From positions 96,001 to 160,000 of the IMG/VR virus record IMGVR_UViG_3300042892_002922: 64,000 nucleotides of DNA. One strand, given 5' to 3'. The stretch is from a virus. Lineage: Duplodnaviria; Caudoviricetes. This document shows positions 25,091 through 36,167 of this stretch, in pieces. Positions within the stretch are counted from its first letter, which is position 1. Every line of letters begins with the position of its first letter. The notes beneath the pieces are model-generated. The model was given only the letters and a program-made list of their open reading frames with translations, ran no database searches and was not told the origin of the DNA. The translations under genes and the position numbers were made by a program.

Positions 25091-28000
25091 ATGCCAAGTT
25101 ACTTAGATTTTGATTCAACCAAAAAATTAAGAGATGCGATGTTAGCAAAGACATTAGTACAACCTAATGGACCGCAAACATTCACGTCTGGTAATTACTC
25201 TATTCAAAATACTTCAAATTTCGCAAACGTTGATCCAGGGGAAGTTTCAGATCAAAGACCTAAACTTTTATTAGACGCATCAAATAGCAACACATTTAAA
25301 CCAGAAATTTACGTTGTAAAGGAAAATATCGATGTTTTACCAAGAAGAGCAAATCTTGGTTTATATCCCTACTTTCAACGTGACCAAGACCATTCGTTAA
25401 TTAGTATATTAACAACGGACAAATATGATGATGAATCCGAATTATTTAAGTTCGCGGCATCAAATATTAAAACAGCAACAGAGGGACCAATACAGGCGAG
25501 AATTAGACAAAACTTATTAGCTAATACATTAAGTAAAGTTAGAATATTAGACGCACTAGCGGGTAACACAAATACAGCAATCGGTTTAATTTCAGGTAGA
25601 GAACCGTTAGTTGAAAAAAATTATAAAATTACTGTTGCTAAATCTTTGGCCGGTAAGGTAATTGATTTTGCACAAACAGTTGCGGGTGTAGAATTCCCTT
25701 GGAGTGAAATCCCTGGTGATTATTTAAGTAACCCAGCAAATCCGGTAAAATATAGACCAGAAGCAAGAACAGGATTAGGTAGAGCATTTCAAGATGTTAC
25801 AGGTGTGTTAGGTTCTTTAATTGGAATAGAAAGAAGACCAAAGCGCTCTAGAAAACCTTCGGATTTATTAATTGAATATATGGGTAACGGACAATTACAA
25901 ACATTGTACAATAACCTAACATTTTCAAAATATAAACCAGATTACACAACTACTGCTAGATCACAACAATCTAGTAAATTATTTAATTTCCCAAATCAAA
26001 TTGCACAGGGAATAAAAAACATTTTAGGTGTGGAAGCACCTAGGGGTAATGCATATATTGGTGATGATAGAGGTGAAGATGTGATGTATGCTATTTCGGA
26101 CTTTAATGATAGACCAGTAAGAAGTGGTTATTATCTTTCATTAATGTTTGATGAAACGGCAACTAAGTTATTTCATAAAGATAAGAATATATCGGATGGT
26201 GGACAAATAGGTGGTAAACTTACTTGGGTTAGTAGACAATCAAATGAAAAAATAAAAGGTGTTCATAATGCTGAATGGCAAAGTGAGGCATCAAGACATG
26301 CTGAAAGTTTATCTACGGCTTATGAATTTAGAGAGGATTCAATACTAGGTGAAACACAAAGATTACTTAATACATTACCAGAGAATGGTGGTGAAGCAAA
26401 AGGACACGTGGCAAATGCCATTGACCAAACAAGTAGAGTTTTTCGTGAAGGTGAGACAATGTTATCTAGAGGTTCTGCTATAAAATATATTGATAAATTT
26501 TCTGGCGAAGAAAGTGGTATTGAATATTGTCGTGTATGGACAAAAGACCGTTCATATATGAATTATTCTGACACAATGAAACGTACTGGTTTAATTAGAA
26601 ATTTTAAGGAAAGTGTAATGACAACTCCTTGGAATTTAAATATTGCCCCAATGTCAAACGGACAAAGAGGTAAAGACGCATTTAATGGTTCAACAAACAT
26701 TATTAATGGTCAGGCAAAAAAATATATGTTCTCAATAGAGAATTTAGCATGGAAAACATCAAACAAGCCGGGATTTACGTACAATGATTTACCATATTGT
26801 GAAAGAGGACCTAATGGTGGTAGAGTTATGTGGTTTCCACCATATGATTTAAAATTTCAAGAGACAAATACCGCAAACTGGGAAACAACTAAATTCATAG
26901 GTAGACCAGAACCCATATACACATATCAAAATGCGGAAAGAAGTGGTACTGTATCGTTTAAGGTTGTTGTCGATCACCCAAGTGTTTTAAACTTATTAGT
27001 TAAAAAACGTTTTGAGGGTATGTCTGATGAAGAATCGACAAACTACATCAATTCATTTTTTGCCGGTTGTGAGCAATTAGATTTCTATGATTTAATTAGA
27101 CGTTATGGTAATTTGGAATCCGAAGAAATTGAGATTATACAAATTTGGTTAAGTTATTATCGTGATGGTAAAACTAGCGACGATTATCTTAAACTAAAAT
27201 TTAAAAGAACTGCTGGTGAGATTGTGTCCACAAACCCTAATAACAGCGATGGGTTGTTACCTTATCAATCAGAACCATTTGACACTGGCGGTGCATCAGG
27301 ACAACCAGTATCGTTTGATGGTGACTTATATTTTAGAAACGACCAACCACATCCTCAAGATGGTTTATATGCTGATTCAGATTATGAGGCACAATATACT
27401 TCTTATGTGGCATTAAAGTCAACATATCAATCTAAATTAGCAACAGGTTTAGCAAGTATATTTGCAAGTAATTCGGCAAGCAATAAAAAAGATAGAAACA
27501 CATTATACAATAATGAAAACCCAGATCCTAGTGTTACAGGTAAAACAGTTACCGAACTAAATGAGGGTTTCACTAAATTAGACACAAATTATAATAAACT
27601 TAAAGATGCAACAGCCGCAATTAAAAAAGATATTGAAGCTAAAAAAATTAAAGAAGTAAAACTTGAAATGCAATCATCAACATCATTTGTTGCTGATGAA
27701 AAATATAATATTAAATTAGCGTTTAGAAGATCTGATAGCGTTGCAAAATACGTTTTAAAATCTATATCTAAAAGTGGTACTGTGCCTAGTTTTACGTGGA
27801 AAGCAACTCCAGCAGAATTAAAAAGTAATCCAGCACAAAGAACAGAAGAAATAACTATTTCTTTTAAAGATTTAGGATACAGTGATGATATACAAGGTAA
27901 TGTAATTATTAAATTCGTTATGTTAGGTGAAAACACAAAAAATAGTGATTGCGGTGGTCTTGATTGTCATGGTATTGAATTACTAAACACCTCAGGATTA

Positions 28001-29875
28001 AAAATCGCAGCGCCAATTACATTCTTATGTCGTCACACAAAAGTAAATTTAAATTATACTTCAGTTGATGAAACAGTAGAAAGTGAGGGGTTTGACCCAT
28101 ATGACAGTGAACCACTACAAGATTTTGGTAGTGAGCGTGTTTACCCACCAAAAATCGAGATTGATGTTGAAACCGATACTGTTAATAGAAAACCACCATT
28201 GGATGCGTTGAAATTAATAATAATGAAAATATTATCAGAATGTTTTTATTTTCAACAATTAGAGGAATCATCACCGTTAGCATATAGTGCCTTAAAGGAC
28301 AAATTAAAATATTTTCACCCAGCGTTCCATTCGATGACACCTGAGGGATTAAATTCTAGATTAACATTTTTACAACAATGTTTAAGACCTGGAGACACCA
28401 TCCCAATTAAGGATATTAGTGACATCATGAATCTAGATGCTAGAAATACAACTTTTGGTCCACCACCAATTTGTGTATTGAGAATTGGTGACTTTTATCA
28501 TTCAAAAGTTATTATTGGTAATATACAAATAAACTACGATGATGCGCCTTTAGATATGAATCCAGAGGGTATCGGTATTCAACCCATGATTGCCAACGTT
28601 ACGATGCAAATTAGTTTTATCGGCGGTCAAGGATTAAAAGAACCAGTTGCTAAGTTACAAAATGCATTGAGTTTTAACTTTTATGGAAACACTGAAGTTT
28701 ATGATCATCGCTCAACAGCAACTGAAGACAGAACGAAATTCAATATAGCTGAATTAACAAAAATTTTAGAATCAGCACCTAAAACACCTACAAAACCAAC
28801 AGTTAGTGAATCACCAAACAAACCAATTGATGGCACATATATTGGTTTACTAGAAGGAACTGATAAATTATCTTACTTACCATACGTTTTAGAACAAGGC
28901 GAGAATAGTATATTTGAATCTACAAAATTATACTTTGATAGTTTAAAAACGAAATATAATGAGTTATTGGTTATTAATGGACCATTGTTAATGCCATTAT
29001 TCATTTCACCAAATTATAGAAAAAAATATAAAATGGATGTAAATGATTCTGTTTCAACAACAACTGAAATTGAATTATTGGGGGTATATGATAGTAAAAC
29101 AGATTATTCAATATTGGTTAATAATTTTAATCAGGGATTAACTAAAAAAGTTAATAGTATTTCTAGCATAAGTACCTTTTTTGAATTTGATTCATTCTTA
29201 CAGGATTATAAAATTACTCAATCAGATTTAATTTTAAAGCAGTTTATTTTAGATTTAATTAAAACAAAAATATCTGATCTTGAGGGTGTTAAATTAACTG
29301 AGATAGAATCAGCAAGAAATAAAGTTGTCCAAATTTTTGATAAATTAAATTTTATTTTAAGTACAAATGGCAAGGACGGTAAAACAGATAAAGAAACTAT
29401 AACAGGAAAACAAGCAGCTAATTTTATACCTGCCGATTTTTACGATAGATATAAAAAGGTTATTACTTTCATACAAAAAGAACACCCTGAATCATTTACG
29501 AATGATTTAACCACAACTATTGATTTTATTTCAGTACATAATACAACATTACCTGATGATGTTTTTAAAGACCTTATTGGGTATTTTATAACTGAAGCGG
29601 ATATAACAAAATTAGAAACACTTTATAAGGATTCACCAGATACTCTTTTCTTTACTCCTAATATAATTTCTAAAATGAGTAAAAAAATGAAAAAATTGAT
29701 ACTCACAACTAAAGAAAAGAAAATTAAATTTAAACATCCAAATGTTAAAGATACAAATCCATTATTATATGCTATTACCGATGTAACATTAACGGGACCA
29801 GAAAATGAAAAATTAAAAAAAGTGCTAAACTCAAAAGATAATAGTAGTGGAGTTAAATTAAATTATTTAAGATGA
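25091..29875 (+). CDS. Large baseplate / tube-initiator protein with an internal OmpA-like domain
   Basis: Tube-initiator-like segments FPPYDLKFQETNTANW...IGRPEPIYTYQNAERSGTVSF and PPICVLRIGDFY..KVII.NI.I.YD. OmpA-like motifs LYFRND and YNIKLAFRRSDSV. Confidence 0.6.
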   Translation: MPSYLDFDSTKKLRDAMLAKTLVQPNGPQTFTSGNYSIQNTSNFANVDPGEVSDQRPKLLLDASNSNTFKPEIYVVKENIDVLPRRANLGLYPYFQRDQDHSLISILTTDKYDDESELFKFAASNIKTATEGPIQARIRQNLLANTLSKVRILDALAGNTNTAIGLISGREPLVEKNYKITVAKSLAGKVIDFAQTVAGVEFPWSEIPGDYLSNPANPVKYRPEARTGLGRAFQDVTGVLGSLIGIERRPKRSRKPSDLLIEYMGNGQLQTLYNNLTFSKYKPDYTTTARSQQSSKLFNFPNQIAQGIKNILGVEAPRGNAYIGDDRGEDVMYAISDFNDRPVRSGYYLSLMFDETATKLFHKDKNISDGGQIGGKLTWVSRQSNEKIKGVHNAEWQSEASRHAESLSTAYEFREDSILGETQRLLNTLPENGGEAKGHVANAIDQTSRVFREGETMLSRGSAIKYIDKFSGEESGIEYCRVWTKDRSYMNYSDTMKRTGLIRNFKESVMTTPWNLNIAPMSNGQRGKDAFNGSTNIINGQAKKYMFSIENLAWKTSNKPGFTYNDLPYCERGPNGGRVMWFPPYDLKFQETNTANWETTKFIGRPEPIYTYQNAERSGTVSFKVVVDHPSVLNLLVKKRFEGMSDEESTNYINSFFAGCEQLDFYDLIRRYGNLESEEIEIIQIWLSYYRDGKTSDDYLKLKFKRTAGEIVSTNPNNSDGLLPYQSEPFDTGGASGQPVSFDGDLYFRNDQPHPQDGLYADSDYEAQYTSYVALKSTYQSKLATGLASIFASNSASNKKDRNTLYNNENPDPSVTGKTVTELNEGFTKLDTNYNKLKDATAAIKKDIEAKKIKEVKLEMQSSTSFVADEKYNIKLAFRRSDSVAKYVLKSISKSGTVPSFTWKATPAELKSNPAQRTEEITISFKDLGYSDDIQGNVIIKFVMLGENTKNSDCGGLDCHGIELLNTSGLKIAAPITFLCRHTKVNLNYTSVDETVESEGFDPYDSEPLQDFGSERVYPPKIEIDVETDTVNRKPPLDALKLIIMKILSECFYFQQLEESSPLAYSALKDKLKYFHPAFHSMTPEGLNSRLTFLQQCLRPGDTIPIKDISDIMNLDARNTTFGPPPICVLRIGDFYHSKVIIGNIQINYDDAPLDMNPEGIGIQPMIANVTMQISFIGGQGLKEPVAKLQNALSFNFYGNTEVYDHRSTATEDRTKFNIAELTKILESAPKTPTKPTVSESPNKPIDGTYIGLLEGTDKLSYLPYVLEQGENSIFESTKLYFDSLKTKYNELLVINGPLLMPLFISPNYRKKYKMDVNDSVSTTTEIELLGVYDSKTDYSILVNNFNQGLTKKVNSISSISTFFEFDSFLQDYKITQSDLILKQFILDLIKTKISDLEGVKLTEIESARNKVVQIFDKLNFILSTNGKDGKTDKETITGKQAANFIPADFYDRYKKVITFIQKEHPESFTNDLTTTIDFISVHNTTLPDDVFKDLIGYFITEADITKLETLYKDSPDTLFFTPNIISKMSKKMKKLILTTKEKKIKFKHPNVKDTNPLLYAITDVTLTGPENEKLKKVLNSKDNSSGVKLNYLR

Positions 29876-30192
29876 ACCAATATTTTGACAGGTATCAATA
29901 TTTTGTAGAAGATGAAGAACACAAAATTGTTCCAGGTATTGAAATACCTGTTAAATCTAGTGACAAATATATCCAATACAGAAAAAATAAAGATAGATTA
30001 GATAAACTTTCACAAGAATTTTACAATTCACCCTTATTTGGTTGGATAATCATGATGGCAAACCCTAGTTCTGGTTCTATGGAGTTTGAAATTCCGGATA
30101 ATACTACAATAAGAATACCTTTTCCGCTAGTTAACACTTTACAAGATTATAAAAGAGGGGTAGAATTGTATAAACTATATTATGGCGAATAA
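29872..30192 (+). CDS. Baseplate wedge protein, LysM-like (T4 gp53 / P2 gpX type)
   Basis: 'DRLDKLSQEFYNSPLFGWIIMMANP...IPDNTTIRIP'. Confidence 0.75.
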   Translation: MNQYFDRYQYFVEDEEHKIVPGIEIPVKSSDKYIQYRKNKDRLDKLSQEFYNSPLFGWIIMMANPSSGSMEFEIPDNTTIRIPFPLVNTLQDYKRGVELYKLYYGE

Positions 30193-33100
30193 TAGAATCA
30201 GCATCAATGAAAACATACTTGTCAAAGTCGACCAACAAAACCTTGTTTATATCGACCCATCTAGTATTGTTGATAATGATGGTGAAATACATAGTAGATT
30301 GGTTGACCATGAAAACTTGGTCATGTATGTTAATCTAGAAGCCGATTTAGTTCCTAGAACAACTTTATTTTCTAACGGTGATGAAAACACAATGATTTCA
30401 ATTGCTGGCGGGGAATTAAATTTTTTACGTAATCAAAATGGTCAAAACTACGATACTAGTTGGACAGACGTTTTCACCCCAGCAGCTAATGATGCTTTAT
30501 CATCAAACGTAGATGTTCAAGAAAAAATATCTGACGGCTCTGGTCAAAGTTTCGGTTTTGAAAGTATTAATATTGTTACTAAAGGTGCAAACGCAATACC
30601 AGAGGTTAGTATTAATTTAATCGATGCTAGAGGTAAAACATTATTTGAATCACCCAAAAATTCACCATACCAAGCATTTTTTCATTTACCTTGGCCGATA
30701 TTTTATTTAACGGTAAAAGGGTATTACGGTAAAGCAATTCGTTATAGATTGCACATGGTTGATTTTAAAAGTAAGTTCAATGGTACATCCGGAAATTTTG
30801 AAATTACTACAAAATTTGTTGGTTCAACTTTTGCTTATTTAAACGACATATTATTACAAAATATTTTAGCTGCGCCATATATGTATATGGTCGAAAACTC
30901 TGAACCATATCGCGAAAACACAAAAACAGGTTTAATTGAGAAAAAAATATCTCAATCAACAAAGGGTTATTCTATCTTAAAATCGGTATACTCCGACTAT
31001 AAGAATAAAAAACTAATTCCAGAAAACTTTCCAATTAAAACATTAAGAGATTTAGTTATGACCGCAGAATCTGCGGAAAGATTATTGGAAACACAAATTT
31101 TTAAAAATGTTGTTGACTTTAAAGTTTTAGGTTCTGTTAAAGAGTATGAAAATATTATTACAGCTTTTCAAAAAGGTATTGATGCCTGGGGTAGGTCTTA
31201 TTTAAATTTAGGACAACCAGATAATCCGGAAAATGACGGTGTTGCATATTATCCATTGACAAAAGTTGCAAGTGAAGAAGATACCAAGGCGGGTAGTATT
31301 AGTTTAAGTAGTATAACGGGTACAACTAAAAATGCACTTAACAAGAAAATAAATGAATACAAAGAAAGAGCGTACAATAATCAAGCGTTTGGTGTCACTT
31401 TAGATAAAAACCTAATTAAAGATACCGGTATATCATTAAAAACAATAACATTTGATAGGGTTTTAAATAAAAGGTATTATAGTACAAAGGGCGGTAAAGT
31501 TAGTGTTGCGTTTGATATTTTGGTTAACGACATCAATGATATTAAAAACGAATTTGTTGCACAAAGAAATGAATTAGAAAACAAGTTGGAAACCAAAATG
31601 AATGAAATCATTGAAAACGATTCAGATTTAGGTATCGGGTTTAAACCAACAATCAGAAATATATTTGCCGTGATATGTGCTAATGCAGACACTTACATTC
31701 GTTTAATGAAAGATGTTCACGTTAAAGCAATTCAAAGTTCAAAAGAAAGACAATCAATACTAACAGCAAGAAGTATTGTAGATAACAAAAATGAGGGATT
31801 ATATCCTTGGCCACAAGTTAAGAAACAAATTAACGAAAACACGTCAACTTTAATGTATCCAGGCGACGCACAAATCGCAAATGGCATTAAAGCAAATGAC
31901 CCAATTATTTGGCCGGAAGTTGAATTTATTGAGACATACGAATCTGTTGCAACTAAAAGAGTTGATCCATTAACAAATAATGAAATTGATGTTAGTAAGT
32001 TAAATTACATATTCCCTAAAGATAATGATGATAGAGTTGTTAATAATATCTCAACATTATTTAACATATCAAATATGAAGGGATATAATGATAAAACAAT
32101 TAGTAATTTATTGTATGAAGTATATGAAAGAGGTTTTTATTCAACATCATATGAGTCATTTTCAACAGACGCTATTGTAGAATTAAGAGATAAGGAGTAT
32201 GAAACAATTGAGGGAGCGTTAAATAACGATCCTGATTTAAAAGCAATGTTAAGAGGTCCGATATATAAAGAATATCTTTTATCCGGAACCGCTGGGTATG
32301 AAAAATATTTAACAAGTTATTCTCCATTTGAAAGACACCCTTATTACAAAGACAAGATAGCAACTGTTGATTATTTAAAAGAGATAATTGAAAGAGATTT
32401 TAAAATTGAAGAATATGATAAAATTAGAAAAGTTGATTATACAGATGGTTCATATGACGCTTTAAAAAATAGTATAAAAAAATACGAGGTTCAAGAATAT
32501 CGATTTGAAGAATATCCGTTTGGTTCAACAACATATAAGAATTACTTAGGTAGAGCACTAAATGGTGACGATTTTAAGTTTAATGATATATTGTCAATAA
32601 ATTCAAATGATTCATTTATTAGTTCACCTATTGAACCTAAAATGTGGATTAATGACACGTATAAAGATAATTTATTTATAAATAAAATTGAATTAAGTGG
32701 AACTACTAGAAACATATTAAATACACCATATTTCCACAACCAAATATATTCTGACTTTTTTAAAGGTGGTAACGTAGGAAGATACTCTGGTTCAGCATAT
32801 CTTTTATTAAACTCATTACCATTTAAGGATTTAGATGATATTATAGAGTATAATGGTAATAGTAAAATATTAATGTCTAACCTTTTTAGAGAGGTTGGCG
32901 CATCGCATTTTATACCATACCATTTAATTTTAAAATGGGGGTCAATCTACCATAGATATAAAAAATATTTAACTGAAGGTGTTGATATAATTTCTGGTGT
33001 TACAAATTCAATTACATCTAGTAAATTTTTTGATAACACGTCAGGTACCACGTTTAATTATGGTGGTGATACAACATATGTTAGTGGATCAACAATTTAT

Positions 33101-35923
33101 ACAACTGGAACAACAAGTTCTTTCCCAGTAGAAACTGTTGGTTTTTACCCATTATATCAAGACATCTTTCATCAAGTGGTTAACGGATATGTTTATTTTT
33201 CACCAGGCACTACCACTGGAAATGAGAAAGCAGGGGATTTAGTTTTGAATAGTTCCGAAATGAAAACAAACTTTGCATCTGCTTATAGTTCTGGAGCTGT
33301 TAGAAAATTAACATCATTACCATATCAAAGTAATGGTATCACATTATCATTTATGGTGGACAATTCAATACTTTCATCAAGTAATGCAAACTATACTGTG
33401 TTACCTTCTTTTGGTGGAAATCAACTTAAGGATTTAGAAACTGATTACAAACAAATTGAACAAGATTCATTTAAATTAATTTGGGACCCAGAAAACGAAG
33501 ATTATCCAAATTATAGTGGGTTGACAATGCCAACATATGGTGAGAAATTTAAAACAATTACAACTAATGAATATTCGTTAAAAGGAAATAAAAGAAAGGT
33601 AATTGATTTGATGGCAACATTTAGCCCAAAAATGTTAGATGACTTTGAAGCCATGTTTTTAGAGTTCTCAACATTAAAATTAAACACAGACGGTAAAACA
33701 ACAACAACTAGTTACAAGCACAGTAATTTTCAAGAATTATTAAGGGAAATTGTTACATTAAAAAAAGCAAATGTAACAGCAACTGATTTTAATTCGATAA
33801 TAAAAGAACAAATAGTTGTATTAAAAAATATAACTGACGACATTTTAAAGAATGAAAACCTAGTTAAGTTAACAATTGGGAATGCAAAACAAATTGATAA
33901 TTACACATTATACGGTGCTGCTGGGTTAGTCAAAACATATTCAGATAATGATTTTGATGTTTCACAGGTTACTTCAGATAATTTAAATTTAATTAAATTA
34001 TATGTTGGTGAAGATATTGACGGGCATTATTTAGATTATTTCGCCACAACCAATGTTGAATTAAATGAGGAAAACATCTATTCACATAGATTACTAGCTA
34101 GAATATATGCGGGGTATTTAGCTAAGAACTTAGTGGATAACCCATCATATAACCCTACTGTAACAACCTTTAGAGCATATCTAAATGAGAATATAGTAAT
34201 CCCACAAGAAAAAAGATTTGATACATATTTTAATGGATTGATGTTGAAGGTTGGAAAATTACCAATCGACACAACGACTCCAGTAACGGTTTATAGAGGT
34301 TTTAATACCGACAAGACAACTAAATTAGAAACCTACAATTTCTTTAAATCGTTTAATGATAAATGGGTTTCTGGTAATTCATTAGGACAAAGAAATCTTT
34401 TGGAAGAATTTTTATTCTTAGATAGAGCTAATAAGGATATTGGCAACGAACTATACATGAGTTTGGATAGATTAAAACCATTGGCAGACCCAAGAAATGC
34501 AAATAAAAGTTTATTGGGTATGATTTCAATTTTAATTCAAGGTAATAATATTGACTTTAGACCATTACCGGCCTACGTTAATTTTTATGGTACAAACTTT
34601 TCTGACAAGAAAAGAATTACCCCATCCAAAAATCTTGCTAGAAATTTATTTGGAACATTTTTAGAAGTTGACTATCAAGAATCATCTCCTAAAATGATTT
34701 TACAATATATAGGACCATCATCAAAACACTTATCAATGGGTGAGGTTAGTCCAAAAAACAAATTTAAGAATGACGGTGCCGATATTCGTAATGTTAATAA
34801 AAATCCATTATTAGTTTCACAACAACTGTTTATGGATACAGATTTTAGTAAGTCAAATAGGGTTGTGGGTTTTGAGGTTAATTTTGGGGATCAAGCACAA
34901 AGTATGTTTAAAAACGTTTCGTTAAGTCAAGATTCTAAAACACCAACATCAGAAACATTCTTGGCGTATGAAAATTTAGGTAGGTCACAATCTGGTTCTA
35001 ACACATATCAAGTAGATGTTAATTTATTTGATTTGTATAGAACATATTCATACACATGTGAGGTTTCTTCTATGGGTAACGCTATGATACAACCAACAAT
35101 GTATTTTTATTTAAATAATATACCTATGTTTGAAGGTACATATTTTATCACCGAAGTTTCTCACAGTATTAAAGCGAATCAAATTGACACAACTTTTAAA
35201 GGCGCTAGAATACCCAACGATAATTTACCAAACATAAAGGATAGTTTTGTTGCGGCATATAGACCATTATTTGACAAAATATTAAAGGCCGCGTTTAAGA
35301 AAAAACAAGAAGCAAATGCTGTTACAACCACAACCAAGAGTGCAACGATAAACGGTAAAACTGTTGAATACGACTTAGGACCACTTAATGTTAATGGGGA
35401 AGTTGTGTTAAGTGAATCCGGATTCCTTTCAGGTATCCCATACAACGGTCAGAACGGTGAAAAATATATCCAATATGTTGAACACACAATTAACGGTGTT
35501 AAAGACAAGTGGCTACGTGCTAGAGTGGTTCAAATGGGTGGGCCGAACTACACATTACCTAACAACACAGAAATGACCGTTACAACAAAAGCTCAAAACA
35601 ACAATATTTTAACATTTGGCGACATTAATGAAAATATTGATTATTACTTCTCAACTAGATTCGATTTTTCAAACAAGTCAGCATCTGAGATATCAAATAT
35701 CAATATGATATTCTATAACCCATTTTTGGCTAAGAATACCACTGATACAGGTGTTCCAAATCCATTAAAAGTTCTACCTTCAATAAACTTTACAACTGGT
35801 CTGTTTTCTGGCGCGGTACATAATGGTTTACCAGATACAACTTATGGTATAGCAATGTCACCCCAATTAATGAGGAAGTTAAAAGTGCAAGACGGTTACG
35901 TTATTTATTTTAAGCCCGAATAG
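30182..35923 (+). CDS. Very large baseplate hub protein (gp27/late control D-like segment near the C-terminus)
   Basis: 1913 aa. 'YTCEVSSMGNAMIQPTMYFYLNNIPMFEGTYFITEVSHSI....DTTFKG' matches the hub C-terminal barrel pattern. It follows the LysM-like wedge gene. Confidence 0.65.
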   Translation: MANNRISINENILVKVDQQNLVYIDPSSIVDNDGEIHSRLVDHENLVMYVNLEADLVPRTTLFSNGDENTMISIAGGELNFLRNQNGQNYDTSWTDVFTPAANDALSSNVDVQEKISDGSGQSFGFESINIVTKGANAIPEVSINLIDARGKTLFESPKNSPYQAFFHLPWPIFYLTVKGYYGKAIRYRLHMVDFKSKFNGTSGNFEITTKFVGSTFAYLNDILLQNILAAPYMYMVENSEPYRENTKTGLIEKKISQSTKGYSILKSVYSDYKNKKLIPENFPIKTLRDLVMTAESAERLLETQIFKNVVDFKVLGSVKEYENIITAFQKGIDAWGRSYLNLGQPDNPENDGVAYYPLTKVASEEDTKAGSISLSSITGTTKNALNKKINEYKERAYNNQAFGVTLDKNLIKDTGISLKTITFDRVLNKRYYSTKGGKVSVAFDILVNDINDIKNEFVAQRNELENKLETKMNEIIENDSDLGIGFKPTIRNIFAVICANADTYIRLMKDVHVKAIQSSKERQSILTARSIVDNKNEGLYPWPQVKKQINENTSTLMYPGDAQIANGIKANDPIIWPEVEFIETYESVATKRVDPLTNNEIDVSKLNYIFPKDNDDRVVNNISTLFNISNMKGYNDKTISNLLYEVYERGFYSTSYESFSTDAIVELRDKEYETIEGALNNDPDLKAMLRGPIYKEYLLSGTAGYEKYLTSYSPFERHPYYKDKIATVDYLKEIIERDFKIEEYDKIRKVDYTDGSYDALKNSIKKYEVQEYRFEEYPFGSTTYKNYLGRALNGDDFKFNDILSINSNDSFISSPIEPKMWINDTYKDNLFINKIELSGTTRNILNTPYFHNQIYSDFFKGGNVGRYSGSAYLLLNSLPFKDLDDIIEYNGNSKILMSNLFREVGASHFIPYHLILKWGSIYHRYKKYLTEGVDIISGVTNSITSSKFFDNTSGTTFNYGGDTTYVSGSTIYTTGTTSSFPVETVGFYPLYQDIFHQVVNGYVYFSPGTTTGNEKAGDLVLNSSEMKTNFASAYSSGAVRKLTSLPYQSNGITLSFMVDNSILSSSNANYTVLPSFGGNQLKDLETDYKQIEQDSFKLIWDPENEDYPNYSGLTMPTYGEKFKTITTNEYSLKGNKRKVIDLMATFSPKMLDDFEAMFLEFSTLKLNTDGKTTTTSYKHSNFQELLREIVTLKKANVTATDFNSIIKEQIVVLKNITDDILKNENLVKLTIGNAKQIDNYTLYGAAGLVKTYSDNDFDVSQVTSDNLNLIKLYVGEDIDGHYLDYFATTNVELNEENIYSHRLLARIYAGYLAKNLVDNPSYNPTVTTFRAYLNENIVIPQEKRFDTYFNGLMLKVGKLPIDTTTPVTVYRGFNTDKTTKLETYNFFKSFNDKWVSGNSLGQRNLLEEFLFLDRANKDIGNELYMSLDRLKPLADPRNANKSLLGMISILIQGNNIDFRPLPAYVNFYGTNFSDKKRITPSKNLARNLFGTFLEVDYQESSPKMILQYIGPSSKHLSMGEVSPKNKFKNDGADIRNVNKNPLLVSQQLFMDTDFSKSNRVVGFEVNFGDQAQSMFKNVSLSQDSKTPTSETFLAYENLGRSQSGSNTYQVDVNLFDLYRTYSYTCEVSSMGNAMIQPTMYFYLNNIPMFEGTYFITEVSHSIKANQIDTTFKGARIPNDNLPNIKDSFVAAYRPLFDKILKAAFKKKQEANAVTTTTKSATINGKTVEYDLGPLNVNGEVVLSESGFLSGIPYNGQNGEKYIQYVEHTINGVKDKWLRARVVQMGGPNYTLPNNTEMTVTTKAQNNNILTFGDINENIDYYFSTRFDFSNKSASEISNINMIFYNPFLAKNTTDTGVPNPLKVLPSINFTTGLFSGAVHNGLPDTTYGIAMSPQLMRKLKVQDGYVIYFKPE

Positions 35924-35962
35924 TGAAAATTAAGATTTTTTAGATATTTATAAAATAAAGTT

Positions 35963-36163
35963 ATGGAAAATAATAGAAACAGTTCAATAGATCAGTTCTT
36001 AAATCCAAAAATGGTTAAAACCCAATCTGAGGATGGAAAAGAACAAGAGGTTTGTGACTTACAAACCGGGGAGTGTTATACAATTAAGTCAAAAGACGGT
36101 ATTGTTGAAAGAATAAATAAAAAATATATTACCGAAGACGGTAGACAATTATTACAAGATTAA
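35963..36163 (+). CDS. Hypothetical small protein
   Basis: 66 aa, with TATTTAT upstream at 35945-35951. Confidence 0.75.
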   Translation: MENNRNSSIDQFLNPKMVKTQSEDGKEQEVCDLQTGECYTIKSKDGIVERINKKYITEDGRQLLQD

Positions 36164-36167
36164 AATC

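Noticed and set aside
26405-26410. Second CACGTG palindrome as a further parS site
   Set aside because: The flanks (GGA..GCA) do not match parS, and it lies inside a coding region.
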